64,000 bases of DNA from Eledone cirrhosa (GCA_964016885.1 OZ024743.1:235414001-235478000), one strand, 5' to 3'. Shown: positions 41,191 to 57,278, numbered from the stretch's first letter. Translations and numbers: made by a program. The notes: generated by a model from the letters alone, not told the origin.

Positions 41191-42006
41191 AGTCTTTCTT
41201 CTATTTTAAGCCGAGTATCTAGATAAGCCGTTCTTAACTTAGGTTCTTTTTCTTTTTCTTTTCTTTAGCACTCATTTATCTTTTTCTTTAGCATTCATTT
41301 ATCTCTTCAACTTGCATACCCCTTAATGTTCCCGCACCCAACTGATATGAAGGGGGACCCCAACTTCGATCTCGCTGGATTTGACCTGGAATTTGAGAAA
41401 TGGTACATTTTAGTGTGGTAAGATCACCCTGCGTTCATAGAGATCAATCAATGTAGAAATACTGCGAACAACAGTGGTATATATATATGGGTCCCAAAAG
41501 GATTGCTCCTATAGCAGACTCTAGTGATTATTAATATCTCGTGCTTTGAGTGAACCCGACATTGATTTCCATAACCGGCCTCAGTATGAGTAAACAGCTC
41601 ATACCAGGGAGGTATTTGATATTGCATTGATTGTCCCTGGCTGGTTTGGTCAAAGTGGGTACAATCTAGAGTTGTCCCCCTTTTCACGTAAATAGACGAC
41701 CAGACTGACCTCCCTTACTCTTCCCCCAAGGGAATGGCCGGCCTGCTAGGAGCGTTATGATGTCCACTCGAAATGTTTACTACGTCATCATATTCTGAGT
41801 GTTGATCTTTGAATGTGGGCAAAGTGAAGAACACAGAGGCCCCGGAACGCTGTAAACACTGGAATTAAACGGTCAATTGATTTGATTTAATTAATTAAAT
41901 TTAAGCATATTGGATTACCCTTGTACCAGGTTGGAATATAGTAAGCGATACTGTGGATGCGCCGAATGTACCTTGCAGCTCGATACGTATAATTACATCT
42001 ATACCT

Positions 42007-43490
42007 TTCCTCTGTTCAAAAAGGGTGACCGCACATCACCTGTGAACTATCGTCCAGTCAGTCTTACTAGTTGCATCGCCAAACTGATGGAATCCTGTGT
42101 CAGAGAAACACTTTGGAACTTCTGGAGCTCTCACAGTCTTATCCGGTCCTCGCAATTTGGATTTATCCCCAACTCCAGCTGCTGTGATCAACTTATAGAG
42201 TTTCTTGAGGACATCACCCGGATCACTGATGGCGGCTCATGGGTGGATGTTGTTTACCTTGACTTTGCGAAAGCCTTCAATTCTGTGCCACACAAAAGGC
42301 TTATGGCAAAACTCTCTGCAATGGGTGTGAAGGATGATCTTTTTAACTGGTTGAAGTCCTTCATTCTCAGTCGAAGAAAGGTAGTCACGGTTCTGGGACA
42401 GCATTCCTCATCATATGAGATGTCATCTGGTGTACCACAGGGATCTGTTCTTGGCCCCCTTTTGTTTGTGGCATATATTAATGACATAGATGCCAACTTA
42501 AAGAATGCCACGGTACTAAAGTACGCAGACGACATCAAGCTGTACCTTGAGATAAAAAGGACAGATCCTGAACACTATAGATCTTGCTTGCAGTCTGACT
42601 TGGACACAATGCAACAATGGATCTCAGACTGGCAACTCAAGCTAGCTGTGGACAAGTGCACCACCATGCATTTTGGGAGTAAAAACCCAGCGTCCACATA
42701 CTCCCTCCACAGCACTAATATCAAGAAGTCTTCTTGTGAACGTGACCTGGGTATTACGATCAGCAGCGATTTGCGTTGGACGAAGCACGTCTCTAAAATT
42801 GTCAAGAGGGCCGAGGGTATCTTAGCATCACTCAGCAAGACCTTTGTCAGCCGCTCTCCAGATATCTATTTAAGGCTGTACATGGCTATGGTGCGACCAC
42901 ACTTAGAATTTGCATCACCAGTCTGGAACCTCTATCTTGCTCAGAACATTGACCGCCTGGAAACTGTTCAGAGACGTGCAACCAAGCGAATACCCTCCAT
43001 CAGGTATCTACCATACTCTGAGCGCCTTGCTTCCCTGGGCATGGATACATTGAAGCTCCGATGCCTGGCAACTGACTTGGTAAACACCCACAAAATTGTT
43101 AACCATCTTGCCAACAACAACCCTGAGTACCTTTTTGATTTCCATGTGTCTAACACACGTGGACATGCCCACAAAGTCAGAAAACTGTACAGTTCCCATG
43201 ACTTTCGGAAACATTTTTTCACGCTCAGAGTTGCTGAAACATGGAACAAACTACCTGCATCGGTTGTTAGCTGTCGAGACACTGCATCCTTTAAGGCCTC
43301 CATGCTTCCCGAGATCCGCCAACACTACAGCTAATGTTCCCCCTCCATACACATATACACATGTATACCATGACTCATACACTATTCACTTCCCTGAAAT
43401 TTGTGTATTATTCTATGTACTATACATACACCTTTGACGAGTTGTAGTGCACCTGAGCACTTTACACAATAATTTCATTATTATTATTAT
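42007..43490 (+). mobile_element. 5'-truncated CR1-clade LINE with an open RT frame (to 43334) and a (TTA)n tail
   Basis: NYRPVSLTS, YLDFAKAFN, GVPQGSVLGP, YADD and TRGH..FFTLRV..WNKLP. Candidate TSD TATACCT at 42000-42006 and 43488-43494. Confidence 0.93.
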
Positions 43491-43762
43491 ACCTATTTGA
43501 CTTGGAGAATTTAAGTCATTCGTTACACCACGTGGTATGCTGGGAAACTTGGGATTGCATGGATTCACAGCCCCACAGCTATGATGCGGAGGTAGTGATC
43601 ACGGCATGAGACTGGGGTAGATGATATTGTAATCGTAAGGGATAACACGGACGAGTGGAACACGCAGATACATGTATGTATTTTCCTCCCACCCCCTTTT
43701 TGCTATATGTCTCTCCACCACTCCCCTACACACCCTTTGAACTCTCTTCCCACACACTTTTC

Positions 43763-43794
43763 ACCTGAAGAAGGGCTTATGCCCGAAACGTCGT
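43763..43794 (+). ncRNA. Minimal type I hammerhead ribozyme
   Basis: ac-CTGAAGA-AGGGC-TTAT-GCCC-GAAACGTC-gt, with AATAAA at 43831 and then (TA)n. Confidence 0.82.
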
Positions 43795-43881
43795 TCCCCA
43801 CCACCACCCCACTCTCAAGAGCGTGAAATTAATAAACATTCGTTGTACTGCCTCTCTGTCTTGTTCCTGTTCAAATTTTCC

Positions 43882-43959
<78 letters not shown>

Positions 43960-44639
43960 CGTGGGTCTATGTAGACTAACACACACACACGTAAACGTTA
44001 TGTTCTACTGATATATACGATGATTATTGCTTTCACCTGCTTCCACTACACTTTGCTTTAGCGACCTGTATGTTCTGTGAACCACACAGATAAATTGCAT
44101 TTGAACGCCACCTATAACACTTGTCGCCATACTGTGATGGATACATGGAGTTCCACTATATGATCGCTTCATCTGACTCTGCTTACATTCACTTTGGTTG
44201 ATACCATTCTTAAACGGTCACCGGGATAACTTTATATCAGAACGTTAAAAAGAGAAATTAGATCAATAGTATAAACTCTACCGGCCTATATTACAGGACG
44301 ATTCAAAGTGGGTTTTGGCCGTGTAAAAAGGTTATAACAAGAAGATAGAAATATCAAAAAAATTCAAATAACAAAAATTCCCTAATAGGGGGGAAACTTC
44401 TGAGGGTCACGCGTGGCGAAAACCACACAAAAGACCACGGCCACCCTGACCACCAGGGCAAGCGCCCTCTCTCAGTTTTCACCAGAGAATTTAAACTATT
44501 TTGAATGTATATAAATTTATACACCCTCTATGTGTGTATATATGGTCGTCTGTATTCCTCCCTATATCTATGTGAATGTATGTTTCTATGTAACGATTGT
44601 TTATATATCTACGCCTGAACTTGTGTGTATTTGCGTAAA

Positions 44640-44683
<44 letters not shown>

Positions 44684-44834
44684 AACATATATGTATATTC
44701 ATCTATCTCTTTCTCCCCCCTCTCTCTACACACACATATATATATGTGTGTGTGTATTTGAGTAAATATATTTTTATACATACACAAACATATATATATA
44801 TATATATAAATTCATCATTCTCTTTCCTTCTCCC

Positions 44835-44906
<72 letters not shown>

Positions 44907-45667
44907 GTGTGTGTGCGCGCGCGCGCACGCGTGTGTGTGTAACTTTCTATACAGTGTGTACAATGTATACATGTTTCTGTACATGGATATATGTGTATGT
45001 GTGACTTTCTACACAGTGTGTACGTGTTTCTGTACATGTAAGTATCATCAGTGCGGATGTTTTAATTCTCGTTCATATCTGTCACTTCCTCCTGTTTTAC
45101 CATTAGAAAGTTTCAGTAAAGTTTTCTGGTTTTTTTTTCATGTAACGAAGTACTTCCTTAAATAGAATCACCAATTCTTTAATTATCGCCACTTTTACTT
45201 GGAAAATCAATCAAAACCAATATTAGACAGAAGAACCACCGAAAAAAGAATTTTTGAAAGAAGACAAAAATAGAAACACGAACCAAAATAAAAAAAAAAC
45301 GAACCAAAAAATAGACGTTAAAAATCTTGAGTAAATATATAAGAAAGGAAAATGTGCAAGATAGATTGGTTAACAAATGCAGATAAGAAGCAGTTGCTGG
45401 ATTAGAGTTGGGTTAGTAAAACTATCTCTAGCTGACAGCAACTTTAATCATTTATAATCTTATTGCATGAGGCTGACAGTAATACAGTAATGTGATATGT
45501 CTGCCCGCTCCTTGGAATAATTTAGACCAACAGATGTTTGGTAAATGATAGCTGCCTCCATCAGATGCGAGACAGATAAATGGAATAAGTACATTCCACC
45601 AATTGGAACAATACAAACTACCCCACACTCCACCATTTTTTATTAATGGAAACACAAGCAATATTGT

Positions 45668-45815
45668 AATATTGGGATCGAAATTCGAACAAATATATTA
45701 TAGAAAACCACATTAATAGGAATCGCAAGGATCGTAAGGAAGGTGCTGGAAAACTGAACTGATGAAAGAATGTCAAACAAGTCGTTGGTTCTGACTGGCT
45801 CCTGTGGTTGTATAA
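45668..45815 (+). mobile_element. Degenerate R4/Dong 3' end
   Basis: Translates IL*KTTLIGIARIVRKVLEN*, similar to [17 protein letters not shown] in the 33-kb copy. Confidence 0.55.
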
Positions 45816-46124
45816 ATGTAAGCAAATAAATGACTTAAACTGAACTTTGATTATTGTAATCTCTATATAACTGCTCTGTAAAACAACTGATGTTATTACA
45901 TTGAGCTATTTATCTTACTGGTAATAGGATAGTAATTAATGACTATCTTTCACTATTTAGGGTTTGTGTATATATAATATATTACCATTAAAGGTTTTAT
46001 TGCATACATAACCATAAATAGTACCCTTAATACTATATATATATATATATATATATTTGATAAATTAAAGAGAAAATAAATGTGGAAAAAAGGTGCCATA
46101 GTTATAATAGAAGAAGTGAAACGA

Positions 46125-49100
46125 TATAATATAGTAGTAGTAATATACTAGGGTATAATATAGTAACAGTAATATACTAGGGTATAATATAGTAGTAGTA
46201 ATATACTAGGGTATAAGATAGTAACAGTAATATAGTAGGGTATAATATAGTAACAGTAATATACAAGGGTATAATATAGTAACAGTAATATACTAAGGTA
46301 TAATATAGTAGTAGTAATATACTAGGGTATAATATAGTAACAGTAATATACTAGGGCATAATATAGTAGTAGTAATATACTAGGGTATAATATAGTAGTA
46401 GTAATATACTAGGGTATAATATAGTAACAGTAATATACTAGGGCATAATATAGTAGTAGTAATATACTAGGGTATAATATAGTAGTAGTAATATACTAGG
46501 CTATAATATAGTAGTAGTAATATACTAGGCTATAATATAGTAACTGTAATATACTAGAGTATAATATAGTAGTAGTAATATACAAGGGTATAATATAGTA
46601 GTAGTAATATACTAGGCTATAATATAGTAGTAGTAATATATTACGGTTTAATATAGTAGTAGTAGTAATATACTAGGGTATAATATACTAACAGTAATAT
46701 ACTAGGGTATAATATAGTAACAGTAATATACTAGGGTATAATATAGTAGTAGTAAGATACTAGGTTATAATATAGTAACAGTAATATACTAGGGTATAAT
46801 ATAGTAACAGTAATATACTAGGATATAATATAGTAAAGTAATATACTAGGGTATAATATAGTAACAGTACTATATTAGGGTATAATATAGTAGTAGTAAT
46901 ATATTACGGTTTAATATAGTAGTAGTAATATACTAGGGTATAATATAGTAACAGTAATATACTTGGGTATAATATAGTAACAGTAATATAGTAGGGTATA
47001 ATATAGTAACAGTAATATACTAGAGTATAATATAGTAACAGTAATATACTAGGGTATAATATAGTAGTAGTATAATACTAGGGTATAATATAGTAACAGT
47101 AATATACTAGGATATAATATAGTAAAGTAATATACTAGGGTATAATATAGTAACAGTAATATACTAGGATATAATATAGTAGTAGTAATATACTAGGATA
47201 TAATATAGTAACAGTAATATACTAGGATATAATATAGTAACAGTAATATACTAGGGTATAATATAGTAGTAGTAATATACTAGAGTATAATATTAGTATA
47301 TTACTACTACAATATTATACTCTAGTATATAACTACTAGTATATTATACCCTAGTATATTACTGTTACTATATTATACCCTAGTATATTACTACTACTAT
47401 ATTACTGTTACTATATTATACCCAAGTATATTACTGTTACTATATTATACTCTAGTATATTACTGTTACTATCTTCTACCCTAGTATATTACTACTACTA
47501 TATTATACCCTAGTATATTACTACTACTATATTATATACTAGTATATTACTGTTACTATATTATACCCTAGTATATTACGACTACTATATTATAGCCTAG
47601 TATATTACTGTTACTATATTATACCCTAGTATATTACGACTACTATATTATAATATAGTAACAGTAATATACTAGGGTATAATATAGTAGTAGTAATATA
47701 CTAGGGTATAATATAGTAGTAGTAATATACTAGGTTATAATATAGTAGTAGTAATATACTAGGGTATAATATAGTAACAGTAATATACTAGGGTATAATA
47801 TAGTAACAGTAATATACTAGGGTATAATATAGTAGTCGTAATATACTAGGGTATAATATAGTAACAGTAATATACTAGGGTATAATATAGTAACAGTAAT
47901 ATACTAGGGTATAATATAGTAGTAGTAATATACTAGGGTATAATATAGTAACAGTAATATAGTAGGTTATAATATAGTAACAGTAATATACTAGAGTATA
48001 ATATAGTAACAGTAATATACTTGGGTATAATATAGTAACAGTAATATAGTAGGGTATAATATAGTAACAGTAATATACTAGGGTATAATATAGTAGTAGT
48101 TATATACTAGGGTATAATATAGTAGTAGTAATATACTAGGGTATAATATAGTAACAGTAATATACTAGAGTATAATATAGTAACAGTAATATACTTGGGT
48201 ATAATATTGTAGTAGTAATATACTAGGGTATAATATAGTAACAGTAATATACTAGGATATAATATAGTAGTAGTAATATACTAGGGTATAATATAGTAAC
48301 AGTAATATACTAGGGTATAATATAGTAGTAGTAATATACTAGGGTATAATATATTGGTAGTAATATACTAGGGTATAATATAGTAGTAGTAATATATTAG
48401 GGTATAATATAGTAACAGTAATATACTAGGGTATAATATAGTAGTAGTAATATACTAGGGTATAATATATTGGTAGTAATATACTAGGGTATAATATAGT
48501 AGTAGTAATATATTAGGGTATAATATAGTAACAGTAATATACTAGGGTATAATATACTAACAGTAATATACTAGGGTATAATATAGTAGTCGTAATATAC
48601 TAGGGTATAATATAGTAACAGTAATATACTAGGGTATAATATAGTAACAGTAATATACTAGGGTATAATATAGTAACAGTAATATACTAGGATATAATAT
48701 AGTAGTAGTAATATACTAGGGTATAATATAGTAACAGTAATATACTAGGGTATAATATAGTAACAGTAATATACTAGGGTATAATATAGTAAAGTAATAT
48801 ACTAGGTTATAATATAGTAACAGTAATATACTAGGGTATAATATAGTAACAGTAATATACTAGGGTATAATATAGTAACAGTAATATACTAGGGTATAAT
48901 ATTATAATAGTAATATACTAGGGTATAATATAGTAGTAGTAATATACTAGGTTATAACATAGTAACAGTAATATACTAGGGTATAATATAGTAGTAGTAA
49001 TATACTAGGGTATAATATAGTAGTAGTAATATACAAGGGTATAATATAGTAACAGTAATATACTAGGGTATAATATTATAATAGTAATATACTACGGTAT

Positions 49101-52100
49101 AATATAGCCGTAGTAATATACTAGGGTATAATATAGTAACAGTAATATACTAGGGTATAATATAGTAACAGTAATATACTAGGGTATAATATAGTAACAG
49201 TAATATACTAGGGTATAATATTATAATAGTAATATACTAGGGTATAATATAGTAGTAGTAATATACTAGGGTATAATATAGTAGTAGTAATATACTAGGT
49301 TATAACATAGTAACAGTAATATACTAGGGTATAATATAGTAGTAGTAATATACTAGGGTATAATATAGTAGTAATAATATACAAGGGTATAATATAGTAA
49401 CAGTAATATACTAGGGTATAATATTATAATAGTAATATACTACGGTATAATATAGCCGTAGTAATATACTAGGGTATAATATAGTAACAGTAATATACTA
49501 GGGTATAATATAGTAGTAGTAATATACTAGGATATTATATAGTAACAGTAATATACTAGGGTATAATATAGTAGTAGTAATATACTAGGGTATAATATAT
49601 TGGTAGTAATATACTAGGGTATAATATAGTAGTAGTAATATACTAGGGTATAATATATTGGTAGTAATATACTAGTATGTAATATAGTAACAGTAATATA
49701 CTAGGGTATAATATAGTAGTAGTAATATACTAGGGTATAATATAGTAGGAGTAATATACTAGTGTGTAATATAGTAACAGTAATATACTAGGATATAATA
49801 TAGTTGTAGTAATATACTAGTGTATAATATAGTAACAGTAATATAGTAGTAGTAACATACTAGGGTATAAGATAGTAACAGTAATATAGTAGGGTATAAT
49901 ATAGTAACAGTAATATACTAGGGTATAATATAGTAGGAGTAATATACTAGAGTATAATATAGTAACAGTAATATACTAGGGTATAATATAGTAACAGTAA
50001 TATACTAGGGTATAATATAGTAGTAGTAATATACTAGTGTGTAATATAGTAACTGTAATATACTAGGGTATAATATAGTAGTAGTAATATACTAGGGTAT
50101 AATATAGTAACAGTAATATAGTAGTAGTAACATACTAGGGTATAAGATAGTAACAGTAATATACTAGGGTATAATATAGTAGTAGTAATATACTAGGGTA
50201 TAATATAGTAACAGTAATATACTAGGGTATAATATAGTAGTAGTAATATACTAGGGTATAATATAGTAGTAGTAATATACTAGGTTATAATATAGTAGTA
50301 GTAATATACTAGGGTATAATATAGTAACAGTAATATACTAGGGTATAATATAGTAACAGTAATATACTAGGGTATAATATAGTAGTCGTAATATACTAGT
50401 GTATAATATAGTAACAGTAATATAGTAGTAGTAACATACTAGGGTATAAGATAGTAACAGTAATATAGTAGGGTATAATATAGTAACAGTAATATACTAG
50501 GGTATAATATAGTAGGAGTAATATACTAGGGTATAATATAGTAACAGTAATATACTAGGGTATAATATAGTAACAGTAATATACTAGGGTATAATATAGT
50601 AGTAGTAATATACTAGTGTGTAATATAGTAACTGTAATATACTAGGGTATAATATAGTAGTAGTAATATACTAGGGTATAATATAGTAACAGTAATATAG
50701 TAGTAGTAACATACTAGGGTATAAGATAGTAACAGTAATATACTAGGGTATAATATAGTAGTAGTAATATACTAGGGTATAATATAGTAACAGTAATATA
50801 CTAGGGTATAATATAGTAGTAGTAATATACTAGGGTATAATATAGTAGTAGTAATATACTAGGTTATAATATAGTAGTAGTAATATACTAGGGTATAATA
50901 TAGTAACAGTAATATACTAGGGTATAATATAGTAACAGTAATATACTAGGGTATAATATAGTAGTCGTAATATACTAGGGTATAATATAGTAACAGTAAT
51001 ATACTAGGGTATAATATAGTAACAGTAATATACTAGGGTATAATATAGTAGTAGTAATATACTAGGGTATAATATAGTAACAGTAATATAGTAGGTTATA
51101 ATATAGTAACAGTAATATACTAGAGTATAATATAGTAACAGTAATATACTTGGGTATAATATAGTAACAGTAATATAGTAGGGTATAATATAGTAACAGT
51201 AATATACTAGGGTATAATATAGTAGTAGTTATATACTAGGGTATAATATAGTAGTAGTAATATACTAGGGTATAATATAGTAACAGTAATATACTAGAGT
51301 ATAATATAGTAACAGTAATATACTTGGGTATAATATTGTAGTAGTAATATACTAGGGTATAATATAGTAACAGTAATATACTAGGATATAATATAGTAGT
51401 AGTAATATACTAGGGTATAATATAGTAACAGTAATATACTAGGGTATAATATAGTAGTAGTAATATACTAGGGTATAATATATTGGTAGTAATATACTAG
51501 GGTATAATATAGTAGTAGTAATATATTAGGGTATAATATAGTAACAGTAATATACTAGGGTATAATATAGTAGTAGTAATATACTAGGGTATAATATATT
51601 GGTAGTAATATACTAGGGTATAATATAGTAGTAGTAATATATTAGGGTATAATATAGTAACAGTAATATACTAGGGTATAATATACTAACAGGAATATAC
51701 TAGGGTATAATATAGTAGTCGTAATATACTAGGGTATAATATAGTAACAGTAATATACTAGGGTATAATATAGTAACAGTAATATACTAGGGTATAATAT
51801 AGTAACAGTAATATACTAGGATATAATATAGTAGTAGTAATATACTAGGGTATAATATAGTAACAGTAATATACTAGGGTATAATATAGTAACAGTAATA
51901 TACTAGGGTATAATATAGTAAAGTAATATACTAGGTTATAATATAGTAACAGTAATATACTAGGGTATAATATAGTAACAGTAATATACTAGGGTATAAT
52001 ATAGTAACAGTAATATACTAGGGTATAATATTATAATAGTAATATACTAGGGTATAATATAGTAGTAGTAATATACTAGGTTATAACATAGTAACAGTAA

Positions 52101-55100
52101 TATACTAGGGTATAATATAGTAGTAGTAATATACTAGGGTATAATATAGTAGTAGTAATATACAAGGGTATAATATAGTAACAGTAATATACTAGGGTAT
52201 AATATTATAATAGTAATATACTACGGTATAATATAGCCGTAGTAATATACTAGGGTATAATATAGTAACAGTAATATACTAGGGTATAATATAGTAACAG
52301 TAATATACTAGGGTATAATATAGTAACAGTAATATACTAGGGTATAATATTATAATAGTAATATACTAGGGTATAATATAGTAGTAGTAATATACTAGGG
52401 TATAATATAGTAGTAGTAATATACTAGGTTATAACATAGTAACAGTAATATACTAGGGTATAATATAGTAGTAGTAATATACTAGGGTATAATATAGTAG
52501 TAGTAATATACAAGGGTATAATATAGTAACAGTAATATACTAGGGTATAATATTATAATAGTAATATACTACGGTATAATATAGCCGTAGTAATATACTA
52601 GGGTATAATATAGTAACAGTAATATACTAGGGTATAATATAGTAGTAGTAATATACTAGGATATTATATAGTAACAGTAATATACTAGGGTATAATATAG
52701 TAGTAGTAATATACTAGGGTATAATATATTGGTAGTAATATACTAGGGTATAATATAGTAACAGTAATATACTAGGGTATAATATAGTAGTAGTAATATA
52801 CTAGGGTATAATATAGTAGTAGTAATATACTAGGTTATAATATAGTAGTAGTAATATACTAGGGTATAATATAGTAACAGTAATATACTAGGGTATAATA
52901 TAGTAACAGTAATATACTAGGGTATAATATAGTAGTCGTAATATACTAGTGTATAATATAGTAACAGTAATATAGTAGTAGTAACATACTAGGGTATAAG
53001 ATAGTAACAGTAATATAGTAGGGTATAATATAGTAACAGTAATATACTAGGGTATAATATAGTAGGAGTAATATACTAGGGTATAATATAGTAACAGTAA
53101 TATACTAGGCTATAATATAGTAACAGTAATATACTAGGGTATAATATAGTAGTAGTAATATACTAGTGTGTAATATAGTAACTGTAATATACTAGGGTAT
53201 AATATAGTAGTAGTAATATACTAGGGTATAATATAGTAACAGTAATATAGTAGTAGTAACATACTAGGGTATAAGATAGTAACAGTAATATACTAGGGTA
53301 TAATATAGTAGTAGTAATATACTAGGGTATAATATAGTAACAGTAATATACTAGGGTATAATATAGTAGTAGTAATATACTAGGGTATAATATAGTAGTA
53401 GTAATATACTAGGTTATAATATAGTAGTAGTAATATACTAGGGTATAATATAGTAACAGTAATATACTAGGGTATAATATAGTAACAGTAATATACTAGG
53501 GTATAATATAGTAGTCGTAATATACTAGGGTATAATATAGTAACAGTAATATACTAGGGTATAATATAGTAACAGTAATATACTAGGGTATAATATAGTA
53601 GTAGTAATATACTAGGGTATAATATAGTAACAGTAATATAGTAGGTTATAATATAGTAACAGTAATATACTAGAGTATAATATAGTAACAGTAATATACT
53701 TGGGTATAATATAGTAACAGTAATATAGTAGGGTATAATATAGTAACAGTAATATACTAGGGTATAATATAGTAGTAGTTATATACTAGGGTATAATATA
53801 GTAGTAGTAATATACTAGGGTATAATATAGTAACAGTAATATACTAGAGTATAATATAGTAACAGTAATATACTTGGGTATAATATTGTAGTAGTAATAT
53901 ACTAGGGTATAATATAGTAACAGTAATATACTAGGATATAATATAGTAGTAGTAATATACTAGGGTATAATATAGTAACAGTAATATACTAGGGTATAAT
54001 ATAGTAGTAGTAATATACTAGGGTATAATATATTGGTAGTAATATACTAGGGTATAATATAGTAGTAGTAATATATTAGGGTATAATATAGTAACAGTAA
54101 TATACTAGGGTATAATATAGTAGTAGTAATATACTAGGGTATAATATATTGGTAGTAATATACTAGGGTATAATATAGTAGTAGTAATATATTAGGGTAT
54201 ATTAAAGTAACAGTAATATACTAGGGTATAATATACTAACAGTAATATACTAGGGTATAATATAGTAGTCGTAATATACTAGGGTATAATATAGTAACAG
54301 TAATATACTAGGGTATAATATAGTAACAGTAATATACTAGGGTATAATATAGTAACAGTAATATACTAGGATATAATATAGTAGTAGTAATATACTAGGG
54401 TATAATATAGTAACAGTAATATACTAGGGTATAATATAGTAACAGTAATATACTAGGGTATAATATAGTAAAGTAATATACTAGGTTATAATATAGTAAC
54501 AGTAATATACTAGGGTATAATATAGTAACAGTAATATACTAGGGTATAATATAGTAACAGTAATATACTAGGGTATAATATTATAATAGTAATATACTAG
54601 GGTATAATATAGTAGTAGTAATATACTAGGTTATAACATAGTAACAGTAATATACTAGGGTATAATATAGTAGTAGTAATATACTAGGGTATAATATAGT
54701 AGTAGTAATATACAAGGGTATAATATAGTAACAGTAATATACTAGGGTATAATATTATAATAGTAATATACTACGGTATAATATAGCCGTAGTAATATAC
54801 TAGGGTATAATATAGTAACAGTAATATACTAGGGTATAATATAGTAACAGTAATATACTAGGGTATAATATAGTAACAGTAATATACTAGGGTATAATAT
54901 AATAATAGTAATATACTAGGGTATAATATAGTAGTAGTAATATACTAGGGTATAATATAGTAGTAGTAATATACTAGGTTATAACATAGTAACAGTAATA
55001 TACTAGGGTATAATATAGTAGTAGTAATATACTAGGGTATAATATAGTAGTAGTAATATACAAGGGTATAATATAGTAACAGTAATATACTAGGGTATAA

Positions 55101-56723
55101 TATTATAATAGTAATATACTACGGTATAATATAGCCGTAGTAATATACTAGGGTATAATATAGTAACAGTAATATACTAGGGTATAATATAGTAGTAGTA
55201 ATATACTAGGATATTATATAGTAACAGTAATATACTAGGGTATAATATAGTAGTAGTAATATACTAGGGTATAATATATTGGTAGTAATATACTAGGGTA
55301 TAATATAGTAGTAGTAATATACTAGGGTATAATATATTGGTAGTAATATACTAGTATGTAATATAGTAACAGTAATATACTAGGGTATAATATAGTAGTA
55401 GTAATATACTAGGGTATAATATAGTAGGAGTAATATACTAGTGTGTAATATAGTAACAGTAATATACTAGGATATAATATAGTTGTAGTAATATACTAGT
55501 GTATAATATAGTAACAGTAATATAGTAGTAGTAACATACTAGGGTATAAGATAGTAACAGTAATATAGTAGGGTATAATATAGTAACAGTAATATACTAG
55601 GGTATAATATAGTAGGAGTAATATACTAGGGTATAATATAGTAACAGTAATATACTAGGGTATAATATAGTAACAGTAATATACTAGGGTATAATATAGT
55701 AGTAGTAATATACTAGGGTATAATATAGTAACAGTAATATAGTAGTAGTAACATACTAGGGTATAAGATAGTAACAGTAATATACTAGGGTATAATATAG
55801 TAGTAGTAATATACTAGGGTATAATATAGTAACAGTAATATACTAGGGTATAATATAGTAGTCGTAATATACTAGAGTATAATATAGTAGTAGTAATATA
55901 CTAGGATATAATATATTAGTAGTAATATACTAGGGTATAATATAGTAACAGTAATATACTAGGGTATAATATACTAACAGTAATATACTAGGGTATAAGA
56001 TAGTAACAGTAATATACTAGGCTATAATATAGTAACTGTAATATACTAGGGTATAATATAGTAACAGTAATATACTAGGGTATAATATAGTAGTAGTAAT
56101 ATACTAGGGTATAATATAGTAACAGTACTATATTAGGGTATAATATAGTAACAGTAATATAGTAGTAGTAATATACTAGGCTATAATATAGTCACAGTAA
56201 TATACTAGAGTATAATATAGTAACAGTAATATACTAGGGTATAATATAGTAGTAGTAATATCCTAGGATATAATATAGTAACAGCAATATACTAGGGTAT
56301 AATATACTAACAGTAATATACTAGGGTATAATATAGTAGTAGTAATATACTAGGTTATAACTACTATATTAGGGTATAATATATTAACTGTAATATACTA
56401 GGGTATAATATATTAGTAGTAATATACTAGGGTATAATATAGTAGCAGTAATATAGTAGGGTATAATATAGTAGTTGTAATATACTAGTGTATAATATAG
56501 TAACAGTAATATACTAGGGTATAATATAGTAACAGTAATATACTAGGTTATAACATAGTAACAGTACTATATTAGGGTATAATATATTAACTGTAATATA
56601 CTAGGGTATAATATAGTAGTAGTAATATATTAGGGTATAATATAGTAGTAGTAATATATTAGGGTATAATATAGTAGTAGTAATATACTAGTGTATAATA
56701 TAGTAACAGTAATATACTAGGGT
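46125..56723. repeat. 29-bp satellite GTAATATACTAGGGTATAATATAGTA(AC/GT)A, about 10.6 kb
   Basis: Period 29, with an inverted block at about 47293-47650 and higher-order duplications. Confidence 0.98.
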
Positions 56724-56841
56724 CGACTTTTAATTGACATTCCCCTCCCCCCTAATTTTTAGGCTCGTGCCTAAATCAGAATCCCCTGTTCAAGGATGAT
56801 TTAAGCTGCATGATAAAGAGGGACAGTAAATTATTGATTAG

Positions 56842-57035
56842 GATACACTGTGGGCAGCTGGTAGTTACCTCTCTTATTAGGGAACATTGTGGGCATCTTG
56901 TAATTACCTCCCTTATCAGGGAACCACTGTGGACAGCTCGTAGCTATCTCCCTTATTAGAGAACACTGTGGACAGCTGGTAGTTACCTCCCTTATTAGGG
57001 AACACTGGGCACAGCTGGGAGTTACCTCCCTTCTT
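56842..57035. repeat. ~39-bp minisatellite, about 5 copies
   Basis: Unit gaacactgtggrcagctggtagttacctcccttattagg. Confidence 0.85.
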
Positions 57036-57086
57036 TGGTAAACCGCTGAGCTACAGATAATGATGATGACGATGATAATGGTTACT

Positions 57087-57278
57087 TATATAGGCACAAG
57101 GCCTGGGAGAGGTAAAAGTTGATTAAATCGACTTCAGTGTATTACTGGTACTTTAATTTACCAACCCTGCAAGGATGAAAGACAAAGGTAACCTCGGTGG
57201 GATTTTAAACCAGATCATAAAGGGCCGTAAATCCATGCTATAAAATATGGTGTCCGACGCCATACCGAATCTGCCAAT
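57087..57278 (-). mobile_element. Diverged Nin-domain SINE
   Basis: ggcacaaggcc..ctggtacttt..aaggatgaaa..tctgccaat. Confidence 0.75.

Noticed and set aside
45018-45055. Minus-strand CTGATGA..GAAACACGTA
   Set aside because: Stem I does not pair and stem II is out of register, so it is likely chance.
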